A DNA stretch of 64,000 nt. Origin: the human T2T-CHM13v2.0 reference genome, Homo sapiens. Position 1 is the stretch's first letter, and each line of letters begins with the position of its first letter. Made by a program: the position numbers and the translations under genes. Location of the stretch: the NCBI RefSeq assembly GCF_009914755.1, contig NC_060928.1; one strand, written 5' to 3'. The notes under the pieces were generated by a model. It was not told the origin of the DNA and made no database searches. It saw only the letters and a program-made list of their open reading frames with translations. This document shows, in pieces, positions 35,567 through 49,106 of this stretch.

Positions 35567-37899
35567 TTATTCTTTTTTTTTGTCTATGTGTTAATTAGAG
35601 TCAATGTGATTTTCATTCTGGATATGGACTTCATACTGTCAAAGAGCAATACTGTAATTAGGTCACTTTCCATGTTTTCAGAGACAGTGCCTGTATCATA
35701 AAAACTGTACTGTTTTTGATAAGTTTCACTGAGAAACTTCAAGATATTTATACTTCATTACTATCTACTAAAGTGAAATCTTCATTCTTACACAGTATAC
35801 GCTGGAAATAATAACTTGTATATCCGTAAGGACATTATGTATAAGAAAGACAGACCTGATTATTCTAAAAGTAGCACCAATTTTCTTTTCTCATTGTGAG
35901 TATGTACTTCACTGTCGGATTGGGAAGTGAGAAATCGTTACTGCCAAGTGAACATTAAGAATTATTCTATGAGCAAGAGGCCTGGGCAGGAAAAGACACT
36001 CCTTAACTTAGTCTTGACCATTTGATAACTTATTGTCACAGGCAAAATCAAGTAACAGTTTGTTGCAGATATTCAAAATGTGTTCCTCTTATAGGAAGTT
36101 TCCTTCTTTATTTTACTAGTGTTCTCTGAATAGTAAATTGTTTCCACCCACTGAATCTGTGGCTGACCCTTTATCTTCGCATGGCCATTGTATGCTCTAA
36201 TTGTTTTTTGTTTGTTTGTTTTTTGCCAAGGATGCTGCATTTAGTGACACTTTTATTTTCCTCTGGCGTTGCGACATTTGTTATGTTGTTTTTCGAGGCA
36301 TCCAGTTGCATCTTGCATGATGATTGATCATGGTAGATAATCTCTGGGTTTTGTTTATGTATGTCACGCCCCCCTCGGTGCCATCTTTAGGGATTCAGGA
36401 CTGGGGCAGATCACATGGCTATTCACCCTCTGCCCTTCCTACCACATTTTTAAAGAGATAAAATTAGTTTTTTTAGTATTCAGAGCAGGTCTGAAGGGGA
36501 ATGAAGACACAAAAGGGCAATCTAGGGGCCTCTGGGTAGTAAAAGAAGTATCTCATTCTTTTACTTGAAAAATATTGGGGATGTTTATGAGACGATTGGT
36601 ATGTCAGCAGATATGCTCTTTTGGAAATAAAAACCAAGACTCATCTCTTTTAGGAACCAGCTGCTGCCTTCTACAGTTACTGTTCAATCAACAGCAGTCT
36701 GAAATTCTCCAACCCACCCCAAGGCAGTTATCTCTGATGCAAATTTCACTGCATGCAAAATTCACTGCAAGCATATAGCATGCAAATGCATAGAAAGCCA
36801 TTTTCTTTACATAGCAAAGTCAGTTTTCAAACTATGCTTATCAGCATCCTTAAGAAGGCAGATAAAGATTACCATCCTAAGTTACCAATAATATATTTAA
36901 AATCCTAAAAGATGAACATTTACCTTGGGGGAAAGTCATGTTGTATCACTACTGGTTATGTGGAGAAGGTTTAGGTCTGCTAGCTTCTGACTGCCTGGAT
37001 TTCAAAGCCAAGTTATCTTGCTTTTCAAGTAGGGGAGTCTCTCTTTCTGTCTCTCTCTCTCACACACACACACCCCCCTCCAATGCCTCAGGAAAGGACA
37101 AAATCAAAACAATGAGAGGAGAATAATAAAAATACATAGATTAGGAAAAGAATAATGGTCTCTATTTCCCCATCTCTAATTGAGGGCTGGACTACAGGCT
37201 CTGCAGTTGTGATTTTAAGTACCCAACGTTCTGAACAATGACACAACAGTCTGCCACTTTTACCTCACGACAGGAGAGCAGAGGGAAGCTAAGAGAACCT
37301 TCTGCCAAGCTAGAAAATGTATAGCCAGGCAGTGGTTGGCAATGGAGGGAACCCTGACTTGGGGATGAATGACGGTCCCCATAAGGCACCTGCAAACGTA
37401 AGCTGTAACCCTTAGAGAACCCAGAAAATGATATCTCCCCTGGAACGTTTGCGTTCTGCTCGGCTATGTCTCCAAAGCTTCAGATCTCCTTCCCTGACCT
37501 TGCGTTTCCTATTTCTTCCCTCTAAGCCAAGCTCAGCATGTCCCTATTGTTATCAAATCACATCTGCCATCACTTGCTGTAGCTGTCGCACTGCCTGAAA
37601 GCCTGGCTTGCACACTTGCCTCTCCGACTTTATGTGATGAGAAGTTCTCTATTCCTTTTCCTGATCTAGTGCCTGAAAACCGATAAGGCACAAAGCCCAC
37701 TCCTTCCCTTCTAAGCGGTTAGCGTGGGGCCCGTTGTACCGCTCAGGTTTATCTCAGCATAACACTAGCTCACTCACCAAAGAGGCTGAGCACTCGCCAA
37801 GTTTACCTTGCCTCAGCGGATGAAGTATCAAACTCACTCTTGTTTTGCTTCAACCATCAATCTCTCCAATAATTGCAATCAAAGGGAAAACATTTTAAT

Positions 37900-38680
37900 G
37901 TTCACTATTTTAGTACCCGTTTCCACGGGCCGGGGGGTCTGGAAATCCCGAGGATGAGGGAACCCTACCAGTCTCCATCTATCGCAGCCGGCCCGGCGCA
38001 GGGTCTCCGCTGGGCATCAACGAGCAGGGCCTGGGTATTTCGGCCCTGGCCGGGCCCCTTGCTCCTACGTCGCTAGTTGCCCTGGGGAGGCGACCTGTGC
38101 CTGGGAGGCGGGAAACCCCGCGGCACCAGAGAAGCCAAGTGAAGTCCCAGAAGCCAAGTAAAGGTGAGAGAAAGAGGGTGGAGGAGAGCGGTGAGTGGAG
38201 CCAGAGAGAGGCGCGCATGGCGTGGAAGCCGCCGGGTGCGGGGCCGTCTTACCTCGGCAGGCGCCCGCGCACCAGGCGAGCAGCAGCAGCAGCAGCAGGA
38301 GCGGGGACGCCGCGGCCACCTGTCCGGCGGGCGACCTGGGGCGGCAGCTCTCTGTTCGCAGCATCTCGGCGGCTGCGGGAGGCTCGGTGCTAGGGACGCT
38401 GCGCTGCGCCACGCGTAGCTGGTGCTCCACCTGGTGCCCTGGCTGTGCCTCGGGGCCCGGACACAGGACTGAGCGCCCGGCGAGCCGCCAACTTTTAAAT
38501 CTCGCGCACAAGTGGGCTGGGCTGCGCGGTCCCCGCCGCGCGTCACCTCGCCGCCTGCCGCCCCCGGCCTACCTCGCCTCACCCCGCCCCGCTGCCTGCC
38601 CGCGCCCCACCCTGCAGCGGGACCCGAGCCCCCTAGCCTGAGTTTCTGACCCGAGTACCACGCATTTTCGCTCTGGGATA
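37900..38680 (-). promoter_or_regulatory. NMU: NMU CpG-island promoter
   Basis: Very high GC/CpG. On the minus strand: TTTAAAA (38499-38493) lies 23-29 nt upstream of Inr TCAGTCC (A at 38470). Also a half-CRE TGACG (38545-38541) and a GC box GGGGCGGGG (38590-38582). Confidence 0.88.
38253..38364 (-). CDS. NMU: Neuromedin U preproprotein, coding exon 1 (signal peptide MLRTESCRPRSPAGQVAAASPLLLLLLLLAWCAGACR-G)
   Basis: ATG at 38364 in good Kozak context (gccgagATGc); hydrophobic signal peptide; donor GAG|gtaag at 38253/38252; 112 nt, phase 1. Confidence 0.98.
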
Positions 38681-39324
38681 AAGAGAATGGAATTTAAATA
38701 ATGCACCATTCCCACCTTTGGAAGGACTGGACTGGGAACAGGGTGTGGATGGCAAACCAGGCCGTCTGAGTTTTTAAACTTGGTAGTGGCGACGCTCTCT
38801 GGTGTCCTGGGTCTACGTGGGACACCCTTTCTCCTTCACCTCTTCCAGAGCTCCGGCAGTCACTAGTACGCACCTCTGTGGAAGCACCTCTGTTTTGTTC
38901 CCCGGTTTATCCCCAGTTCCAAGCGCAATGCCTGGTGCATATCAGGGCAGTGTTGGTTCAACTGTGATGTTGATGCTATCGACCCTCCCCCAAATTCCTG
39001 CAAAATCACAGACCCCTTAGGGAAATGCAGTTGCCTGTTAATAAAGGACAAAGAAGAAAGGACTGCTGGGGCTTGACCACACACACACATTTCTAACTGG
39101 TCTGGAGCGCTGGTTATCCTACGGATTTCCAAGCCTAAGGAAACTCCTTTTTCTATGCATTTCTGCTGCTATTGCATCCTGATTTCTACCGTGACCTGAC
39201 TCCCTCTTTCCATCTCTATACTTTCCTTTATTTCCTTGATTGGAAACGTTCAGGAAGCAGCCTCTTCCAGGACACCAGCTAATACATCCTAATTTCCTTC
39301 TATAGAAAGAGGGAAAACTGGTCT

Positions 39325-39546
39325 TTATTATTATTATTATTATTATTTCAAGTTACGGGGTTACATGCGCAGGATGTGCAGGTTTGTTCCATAGCTAAAC
39401 GTGTTCCATGGTGGTTTGCTACACCTATCAACCCGTCAGCTAGGAATTAAGCCCAGCATGCATTAGCTATTTTTCCTGATGCTCCTCCTGCCCCCGCACC
39501 GCCCCTCCCCGCCCCCTCTCCCCCGCGCCATAGGCCCCAGTGTGTG
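39325..39546 (-). mobile_element. 5'-truncated L1PA 3' end, about 0.9 kb upstream of the NMU TSS
   Basis: (ATT)n tail, catgcgcaggatgtgcaggtttgtt; flanks gaaaac(t/c)ggtctt. Confidence 0.8.
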
Positions 39547-40675
39547 AAAACCGGCGAAAACCGGTCTTATTTGACCTCCCTTTGAAAGGTGAGGAACGCT
39601 GAGGAAAGGGCAGGAAGTACATTAACATTTTTGAAGGGGCATTTTTGCGTCAGGCATTTTCTCATGCTATTTTATTTAATATTCATGGCATCTCTGGGAT
39701 GTAAAAGTACTGAAATTCTCATTATGATGCCAGGAGAGATTAAACAATCTGCTCAAGGCTGTCAGCATGTAAGGAAGCCACTGGCTATTCTACTCCACCA
39801 AGATACTTCTCCCTCAATCAAGAGTTTTAATGTATCAGGCACATACAGTTCAACCTACTGTAAACAAGACCCGAGCTTTGGGGATACAAGATTTAGTGAC
39901 AGTTACAATTTGGTAAAGGACCCTAAACCCTTACTCAAATAGCTGAATTACAAGGCAGATTGGGATAGTGCTCTGTCAGAAATACGAAGAGAGGCAGGAG
40001 AAAACCTGATAGATTAGGTAAAAAAAAAATAATGGCCACCTTCTTTAAGTTCTTTATACACAGGAAGCATGTAAGAAAGGCTGGATTTTAGCGTCTGGTC
40101 CAAGTTCAAGGATGGGTGAGAAAATACTGGATTCAAGGTTCTTGTACTTTGATTTATTACCAAAGTAGTAAAAAAAAAAAAAAAAAAAAAGAAAGCACAA
40201 AGGATGTAAATGACCTACAGATGCAAGCAAGTGAACATGGCTCTGCTTCCCCGTGACCTTCTTCCTGGTGTCTCCCAGAGGTGCTCTGAAAGATCACCAG
40301 TCCCAGCAGCCAGTGTGAGAGTGAAATGTCAGCCAGAGCAGAGAAGCCTCAAACAGTGGGCTCAATGTTTTTTATATCCCCAGCAGCTCAGCAAAATAAG
40401 CAACTTGTGTATTAAAGGTTTTTTTTTTTTCTTTTCCTGCATGAACCAGGCTGCTTGGAATGTTCTTGTACATGCCCCCTAGTGTACATGTGCAAGAGTT
40501 TTCTGAGGAATATTCCCAGGAGTGGAGTTATTAGGTCACAGGGGATGATCTAGCTAAACTCTGTTTTACATTGTTTTCCAAAGTGTTATACCAATTTACA
40601 TTCCCACCAACCATGAATGAAGTTTCCATGGCTATTCATTCATGCAAAAACCTTTGTCCGTCTGGTGAGTGTGAC

Positions 40676-40976
40676 TTCTTTTCTTTTTTTTTTCCGAGAT
40701 GGAGTCTCACTCTGTCACCCAGGCTGGAGTGCAGTGGCACGATCTTGGCTCACTGCAACCTCTGCCTCCCAGTTCAAGGGATCCTCCTGTCTCAGCCTCC
40801 TAAGTAGTTGGGACTACAGGTGTGCACCACCACACCTGGCTAATTTTTGTATTTTTAGTAAAGATGAAGTTTCACCATGTTGGCCAGGCTGGTCTTCGAA
40901 CGCTTGACCTCAGGTAATCCCCCTGCCTCAGCCTCCCAAAGTGTTGGGACTATAGACATAAGCTGCCGAGCCCAGC
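40676..40976 (-). mobile_element. AluS inside an old L1M fragment (about 40440-41270)
   Basis: TSD gagtgtgacttctt; flanks show the L1 motif tttacattcccacca. Confidence 0.85.
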
Positions 40977-41852
40977 GAGTGTGACTTCTTATTGTGGACT
41001 TAATTTGCAATTCCAGTTTACTAAAGAGGTTGAGTAATTTTCCACGAATTATTGGCCATTATTGCTTCCTCTTCTGTGAAATATCTCAGTGGAAATTTAT
41101 TTCGCCCATTTCCCCCCATTGGGTTGTTAGCTTTTTTCTTATTCATTATAACAATGCTTTATGTATTTGGGAACATTTGTTTGATTAAATATGTGGCAAA
41201 TATTTTCTCCCTATTTATGGCTTTTCTTCCATTATTTTTAATATGAGTTGTTATTTTTGAAGAAATGTTCAGGAAAAGACTTGCAGGCTTGAAGGTCATG
41301 CCATTATGTGACTTGAATGATACGAGAAAATAGATAGGGGAGTAGGGAAAGTGGGGGCAGATAGGCACTGGATTCCTCTGGGAACAGATGACTAAATGGA
41401 AGCTGATTCCACAGGTACCCCTTTGTCCAAGCATTGCAAAGAAGTGAAATCCCAGATCACTGAAGTGGTCCCTTGATAATTTAGTTACAGACATTCCAAT
41501 CTGTACTTCTAAATTCACATTCATTTAAGTTGAGCTTGTATATCCATATATAACAGCTTTGAGAGCATTTCCATTTATTCTGTATCAGATTGAAAGTTTG
41601 ATTCTTAATGCCATGCTGATTCCTCTCACCTATTATCTCTTGCATTCTTCACCACAAATTGGAAACTGGACTTTGCTTTCTGCTGACAATCTATAACAAT
41701 GAAGGTTCAATTGGTCAAGGGCCTGCAGATTAGCAAGACCTACTAGCTTGTGATAGAGATGTCTAGAAAAGTTGTCATGGAAAGGATTAAGAAGGGGAGG
41801 AGAGTGGGATATCAGGAGAATGAGAGAGTCAGCAATAGATGGAAACCAGTCA

Positions 41853-42216
<364 letters not shown>

Positions 42217-42349
42217 AGTCAGTTGGCCATAGGGAAGTCTAGTAATAAGCAAAGAGATCCAGCTTCAGGAACTAAGAGTAGAGGCAAGATCTGGCAAATT
42301 TAAGGGTTCTAGGCAAGGTGAAGTCATGAAGTCCTTCAAATATTAATCG

Positions 42350-43350
42350 AACTGGGCTCCATTCTGGGAGCTTGGGATATAGCAGTGATGTCTCTGCCTT
42401 GGAGCTGGCAGATTTTCAAGGGAGTCAGATAATAAGAAAGTAAATTTTAAAATTAGCAATTTCAGCTAGTAGCAAATGCTATAAAAGAAATTAAACCAGG
42501 GTAATGAAATAATAGAAGGTGGCTGGCAGTTGGGGGAAAGATACTTGAGCCAGGATCAACTAGGCATGCCTCTCTGAGGAGGGGTTATGGGAGGCCTGAA
42601 TGATGAGAAGGAATGAGTTATGGGAAGAACTGTGAAAAAGGAACCCCAGACAGAGGGACCATCAAGTGCAAAGGTCCCGAGGCAGAAACAAGTCTCAAAG
42701 CTTTAAGGAGCAGAAGGAAGCCACTGTAGCTGGCACGGAGTGACTGAATGGAGTGTGGGGAGCTGAGGTCAGTGAAGTAGGCAGGGTAGGGTCTTGATCA
42801 TTGATGAGTCTTAGAGGCCATAATAATGAGTTCAGATTTTTCTCTAAGTAAAATGGGAAGCCTTTGGAGGATTTAAAGAAGAGGAGTGAGATGATCTGAA
42901 TTATATTTGAAAAAGATCACTCCAGCTTCAGTGAAGAGCAGGCTCTGGGGGACCTGAATAGAAGCAGGAAGACCAGGTAAGAGGATACTGCAGAAGCTCA
43001 TGCCATGGCCAAAAGGAACGAAGTACTGATATATGCTACAACCTACGTGAAACTTGAAAACACTTATCCCAAGAGAAAGAAGCCAGACACAAAAGGCCAC
43101 ATATTGTATGATTCCATTTATGTGTAATGTCTAGAATAAGCAACTCCATGGAGACAGAAAATAGATTAGTGGTTTTCAGGGACTGGTGAGAGTGACTGCT
43201 TCTAAGTATAATGTTTTCCTTTTGGGGTGATGAAAATGTTCTGGAATTAGACAGTAGTAACAGTCGTACAGCCTTGTGAATAGACTAGAAACCATTGAAT
43301 TGTACACTGTAAAAGGATGAATTTCATAATGTGAATAATATTTCAACTTT
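42350..43350 (+). mobile_element. L2 fragment followed by an L1M 3' fragment
   Basis: aagtgcaaaggtcccgaggcagaaac and aaagatcactccagct (L2); gccacatattgtatgattccattta (L1M). Confidence 0.65.
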
Positions 43351-43865
43351 GAAGAAAGAATGAAATCTAGGTCACATATTATAATAACATGTTGGATTGG
43401 ATGGTGGCAGTCTTTGCATCGTAGCACAAGCAAAATTTGTCTATTTTTGGCATGAAATATCCAAATTTTATCACATAGTCCTAGATGTTCTTAGTAACTT
43501 AAAATGCTCCTCTCCCACTTCACGAAGGCATTCACCAAAGACATGTCTGCATCAATGACTCTGCTGTAATTCCTAGCTTTAATTTTTTCAGGGCAGAAAA
43601 TACTTTATAAAAGCCAAGTAGAGAGCATTGGTCTTTACACTCACTTTGATATGACTCTTAACTAAGAACAGCATCATTATCTAAAAAGTGGACAGTGGAT
43701 ACTATCAGTGAAATAATAATAACCTGCTACGAATAAATGCTTTACAGGATGTGTATTCACCCATTTAATGAGCATTCAAGTGTCAGCCATATATAGACTC
43801 TCAAAATTCTGAAAGTTCTGTGTTCTGTTTTATCATCTCTAAGACCACCTGCACCCTTTCATACA

Positions 43866-44534
43866 TGCTATAGACTGAATGTATTCCCCCAAAATTCGTA
43901 AGTTGAAATCTTAATCCCTATGTGATGATATTTGGAGGTAGGGCCTTTGGGAGATGATTAGATAGTGAGTGTGGAGCCCTCATGAATGGGATTAGTGCTC
44001 TTAGAAAAAAGGCCCCAGAGAGCTCCCTTACCCATTCTACCAGATGAGGAAACAGCAGAAAGACAGCCATCTGTGAACCAGGAAGTGGGCCCTCACCAGA
44101 CACTGAATCTGCCAGTGCATTCATCCTGGACTTCCCAGCCTCCAAACTGTGAGAAATAAATTTTCGTTCTTTATAAGCCACTTAGTTTATGGTTTTTTTG
44201 TTTTTTGTTTTTTGTGTTTAACAAGGTCTCGCTTTGTTACTCAGGCTAGGGTGCAGTGGCATAATCACAGCTCACTGCAATCTCAGTCTCCCAGGCTCAA
44301 GTGATCCTCCCACCTAAGCCTCCCAAGTAGCTGGGACTACAGGTGTGTACCACCACACCCAGATAGTTTTATTTTGTGTAGAGATAGGATCTCCCTATGT
44401 TGCCCAGCCTGGTCTCCAACTCCTGGGCTCAAGTGATCTTCTCACCTCAGCCTCCCAAAGTGCTAGGATTACTGACGTGAGCTACCATGCCTGGCCTATG
44501 GTATTTTTAAATAACAGCCCAAATTGACTAAGAC
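43866..44534 (+). mobile_element. MLT1A MaLR LTR interrupted by a reverse AluJ (44200-44497)
   Basis: tgctatagactgaatgt...ccctcatgaatgggattag...gactaagaca. Confidence 0.82.
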
Positions 44535-44611
44535 AATATATCTTCCCAATGTCCTACTATTCACTGCTTATGCTGATGCAGGCTGAGCCATTTAGAAATA
44601 CTACCCTAATT

Positions 44612-44907
44612 GGCCGGGCACGGTGGCTCACGCCTGTAATCCCAGCACTTTGGGAGGCTGAGGCAGGCGGATCACGAGGTCAGGAGATGGAGACCATCCT
44701 GGCTAACATGGTGAAACCCCGTCTCTACTAAAAATACAAAAAATTAGCCGAGCGGGGTGGCGGGCGCCTGTAGTCCCAGCTACTGGGGAGGCTGAGGCAG
44801 GGAATGGCGTGAACCTGGGAGGCGGAGCTTGCAGTGAGCCGAGATCGCGCCACTGTACTCCAGCCTGGGCGACAGAGCGAGATTCCTCTTCAAAAAAAAA
44901 AAAAAAA
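44612..44907 (+). mobile_element. AluY SINE
   Basis: TSD agaaatactaccctaatt. Confidence 0.92.
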
Positions 44908-45509
44908 GAAATACTACCCTAATTTCAAATTTGAAATGCAGAGGAAAGTTTTTGCTTAAGGATGTCTAATACTAAGAAGTCAAAGTTCCACTGAAGTTAT
45001 GGAAGTTGAAAGCGAAGTACTCCAAAGACCCAATTTAGCCTGTGATCTCTAAATAGAGTTCAGGATAGAAGCCAATTGTGGAGCGACAGAGCTCAGACTC
45101 TAGAACAGACAGTCATTTGTGTCAATTACAGGAAACTGACCAAGTGATTGGGGGCCTGTTTGCTTCCGAAGGTGGATAACTATCATTTAATGACAGGATA
45201 CCTTTCAATCCTCTCCACAAAAGCCTTTGGCATCTGGATAGAATTCCTTTTTTATAACTGAGTTCTCTTTCAACACTAATATGTCATAAGCTCTATGGTA
45301 ACCCCAATAATCCTAATTCATAACATTTCATAATATATAGTAACCCCAATAATTAGGATTACTATAACTGATAATTAGGATTACTATAACTGATAATTAG
45401 GATTATTGGTGTTTCTATAACTATGGGGTTCCCATTGGGGTTGCTTCAAACTATGTAGATATCAACCTCTCTGCTTGCAGGAAAATCTCTTGATTTGGAA
45501 GGAATTTGT

Positions 45510-47282
45510 CTTTTGTTTTTGTTTTTTTAATTTTTGTGGACACATAGTAGGTATACATATTTATAGGATATATGAGACATTTTAATACAGGCATGCAATA
45601 AGTAATAACCATATCAGGGTAAAGGCGGTATCCTTCACCTTAAGCATTTATCCTTTGTGTTACAAACAATCATATAGTCTTTTTGTTATTTTTAAATGTA
45701 CAATTAAATTATTATTGACTTTAGTCACCCTGTTATGCTAGCAAATACTAGATCTAATTCATTCTTTCTATTTTTTGTACCCTTTAACCTTCCCCACTTC
45801 CTCCCCTCCCCTACTAGCCTTCCCAGCCTCTGGTAACCATCATTCTAGTCTCCACCTCTTTCAGTTCAATTATTTTAATTTTTAACTCGCACGAATAAGT
45901 GAGAATACAGGAAGTTTGTGTTTCTGTGCCTGGCTTATTTCACTTAAGATAATGACTTCCAGTTCCATTCCATGTTGTTGCAAATGACACTATCTCATTC
46001 TTTTTATGGTTGAATAGTACTCCATTGTATATATGTACCACATTTTTTAATCCATTCATCTGTTGATGGACACAGGTTGCTTCCAAATCTTGGCTATTGT
46101 AAATAGTGCTGTAATAAACATGGAGTGCAGATATCTCTTCAGCATACTGATTTTCTTTCTTTTGAATATATACCTAGCAGTGGGATTGCTGGATCATATT
46201 GTACCTCTATTTTTTGCTTTTTGAGGAACCTTCAGACTGTTCTCCATAGTGGTTGTACTAATTTTCATTCCCACCAACAGTGTTACAAAGGTTCTTCTTT
46301 CTCTACATCCTTGCCAGCATTTGTTATTGTCTGTCTTTTGGATATAAGCCATTTTAACTGAGGTGAGATGATATCTCGTTGTAGTTTTGATTTGCATTTC
46401 TCTGATGATCAATGATGTTGAGCACCTTTTCATATACCTGTTTGCTATTTATAGGTCTCCTTTTGAGAAATGTCTACTCAAATCCTTTGCCCATTTTTAA
46501 ATTGGATTATTAGATTTTTTTCCCTATAGAGTTGTTTGAGCTTCATATATATTCTGGTTATTAATTTCTTGTCAAATAGATAGATTGCAGATATTTTCTC
46601 TCATTCTGTGGATTGTCTCTTCACTTTGTTGATCGTGTCATTTGCTGTGCAGAAGCTTTTTAACTTGATGAAGTTTTTTAGCCCTTTGTGCATTTTTGCT
46701 TTGGTTGCCTGTGTTTGTGGAGTATTACTCAAGAAATCTTTGCCTACTCCAATGTCCTGGAGAGTTTCCCTAATGTTTTCTTTTAGTAGTTTCATAGCTT
46801 GAGGTCTTAGATTTAAGTCTTTAATCCATTTTGACTTGATTTTTGTATGTGGTGACAGAAGTCTAGTTTTATTCTTCTGCATACGGATTGTCAGTTTTCC
46901 AAGCACCATTTGTTGAAGAGACTGTCCTTTCTCCAATGTATGTTCTTGGCAACTTTGTCAAAAATGAGTTGACTTTAGATATATGGATTTGTTTCTGGCT
47001 TTTCTACTCTGTTCCATTGGTCTGTATGTCTGTTTTTGTGCTAGTACCATGCTGTTTTGGTTATTATAGCTCTGTAGTATGATTTGAAGTCAGGTAATGT
47101 AATTCCTCCAGTTTTGTTATTTTGCTCGGGATAGCATTGACTATTCTGGTTCATTTGTGGTTCCATATAAATTTTAGGATTTTTTTTCTACTTCTATGAA
47201 GAATATCACTGGTATTTTAATAGGGATTGAATTGACTCTGTAGATTGCTTTGGGTAGTATGAACATTTTAACAATATTGATT
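45510..47282 (-). mobile_element. L1MA-like 3' fragment
   Basis: Minus-strand ORFs [18 protein letters not shown] and KIKSKWIKDLNLRP. Confidence 0.9.
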
Positions 47283-49049
47283 TAGAAGGACTTTTGAATG
47301 AACTGAACTGTACTGAGAAATCATCCCAGGAGAAATGCTCTTCTAAAAGACAATGAAAAGTACAATGAATACAAGAAATGGAAGACTATAGACCAAATAA
47401 ATTGATGTTTCTTAAGACTTCCTGTTGTAGGATAATTAACTTTGCCCTGATAATGACACAACAGTTCATGTAATTGTAAGAAATACAACATCCTTTACAG
47501 GAAAGGAAAACTTTTCTTATTTCTCTAATCACTTGCTAAAATTAATTTTAAACCATTTACAAAAATAATAAGGAACATTATGAAAAGTCCTTCCTTTTGA
47601 GGTTCTTTTTAGATTCACCCAGTGAATGTAGTGTGGACTGATGGGCTAATGGCAAATAAAAGATTTGTATGAAAGTTCAAGAGTCATTCTTTTGCAAAAG
47701 AGGTTTCATCTCTTCAGCCTCTTGGGGTCATGAAGCATTGCAGGTGGGGATAGTTTTGATGAATTCTCTAAGTGCTGGCCATGGAAGGTTAAGATGCCAT
47801 CTGAAAGTAGCATGGGTATATCTCAGAGAGAACCTTGAGAAATAAATTTCTTTTGAGAAAAGTAATAAGAGAATTTTTTAAAAAGCAAAGTCAATGGCTT
47901 TTTACGTTTACATTGATGCCCACAAGGCTAGATTTTCACATGATAGATGTTCTGAGAGTAAAGCCATTAAAGAAAAGCAGCAATGTCACTGCAAATTTGG
48001 AACATGACATTAAAAAAAATTCAGTCCATTGAAGGCAGAATCTTTTCTTGTTCCTTAAATTGCAATGAAAATATTAATACCCCCTAAGGAAAAATTTATT
48101 AGATTTTCTTGACTTATTTATAAATCACATCTGGACAAAGCTGGCAAAAAAACAGATATTTCTAGACCTATGAAGTGTTGTAAAAATGGAACCTAAAATT
48201 AAATGATAGCTATAAAAATACAAGGACAAATGATAAAGTAATTTTTATTATTTCTACACAGTATAGCCACTTTTCTATTGCTAGACTAATTTTCAATCTA
48301 TTTAAAAATAAATCAAAACATTATTATATTTTCTAAAGGCATCTGGTATCTATGAAAAAATATATACAGTTTTTATATAGACATGTTCAGATCAAAATTT
48401 TTATTGCATTTGGGCAAAAGTGATTGAAAAAAGTGAAGAGAAAAATAGTTGGTATAATTTGATGTTTTTTAAAAAGTTTAAATAATTGAAAGATACCTGG
48501 AATGAATTTCTGAGTATAAAAATAAGTGACATGTTAGTTAATGTTATAAAAGGGGTAATCACTACTCATTTTATCTCCAGTATCGCAAATAATTTAAGCT
48601 CTGATTTTTTAAGTAAAAAATATCTGTATTTTTTAATACAGATATGAAATGCTGAAAATTGTATAAATATGCATGTTATGTTGCTCTAAATTAAATAGTA
48701 ATTGATATTATTTTAAGAAATTTAAGAAATTTCTGAGAATAAAATTAGCCAGTGTTGAGCAGCTTATTCTCTTTGTTCATCTGTAATCAAATTCCTTTTT
48801 TCTAAAAAATTAATCACATGTCCTTTTTCTATGTTTTCATCCATTAGTGTGAATTCAGATGTAAGCTACTTTCAATCTTCCCAAGTTTCAACCATAATTT
48901 TAAAGTTTTTAAACAGTTTAAAGGGAAAAAGCAAAAATAGACAATATATTTACTTCTTAGAGAAAACTGAAAAAAAATGTAAGGCAATCATTGTATTAAC
49001 TGAGTAGGTTTGCAAGCGGGTCATCTCTGGTCTTCTCTATTATGACATC

Positions 49050-49106
49050 TATTGGTTTGGTGCAAAGTAATGGCAAAACCTCAATTACTTTTGCACCAAC
49101 CTAATA
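49050..49106. mobile_element. MADE1 MITE, internally deleted
   Basis: ttggtgcaaagtaa...aattacttttgcaccaacctaa TIRs. Confidence 0.8.

Noticed and set aside
36919-36950. ttaccttgggggaaagtcatg resembling the U1 snRNA 5' end
   Set aside because: Similarity is too short and does not continue into the U1 stem-loops or Sm site
38065-38641. Several long overlapping ORFs in the CpG island, including an in-frame N-terminal extension of NMU
   Set aside because: Expected stop-codon scarcity in GC-rich DNA; the extension starts at a TTG upstream of the inferred TSS and the tail reads into intron 1
38811-38820. TACGTG hypoxia-response-like motif upstream of the promoter
   Set aside because: A single short motif is expected by chance near a CpG island and cannot be supported from sequence alone
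45341-45410. CRISPR-like short repeat array
   Set aside because: Units are contiguous with no unique spacers, the context is eukaryotic and there are no cas genes
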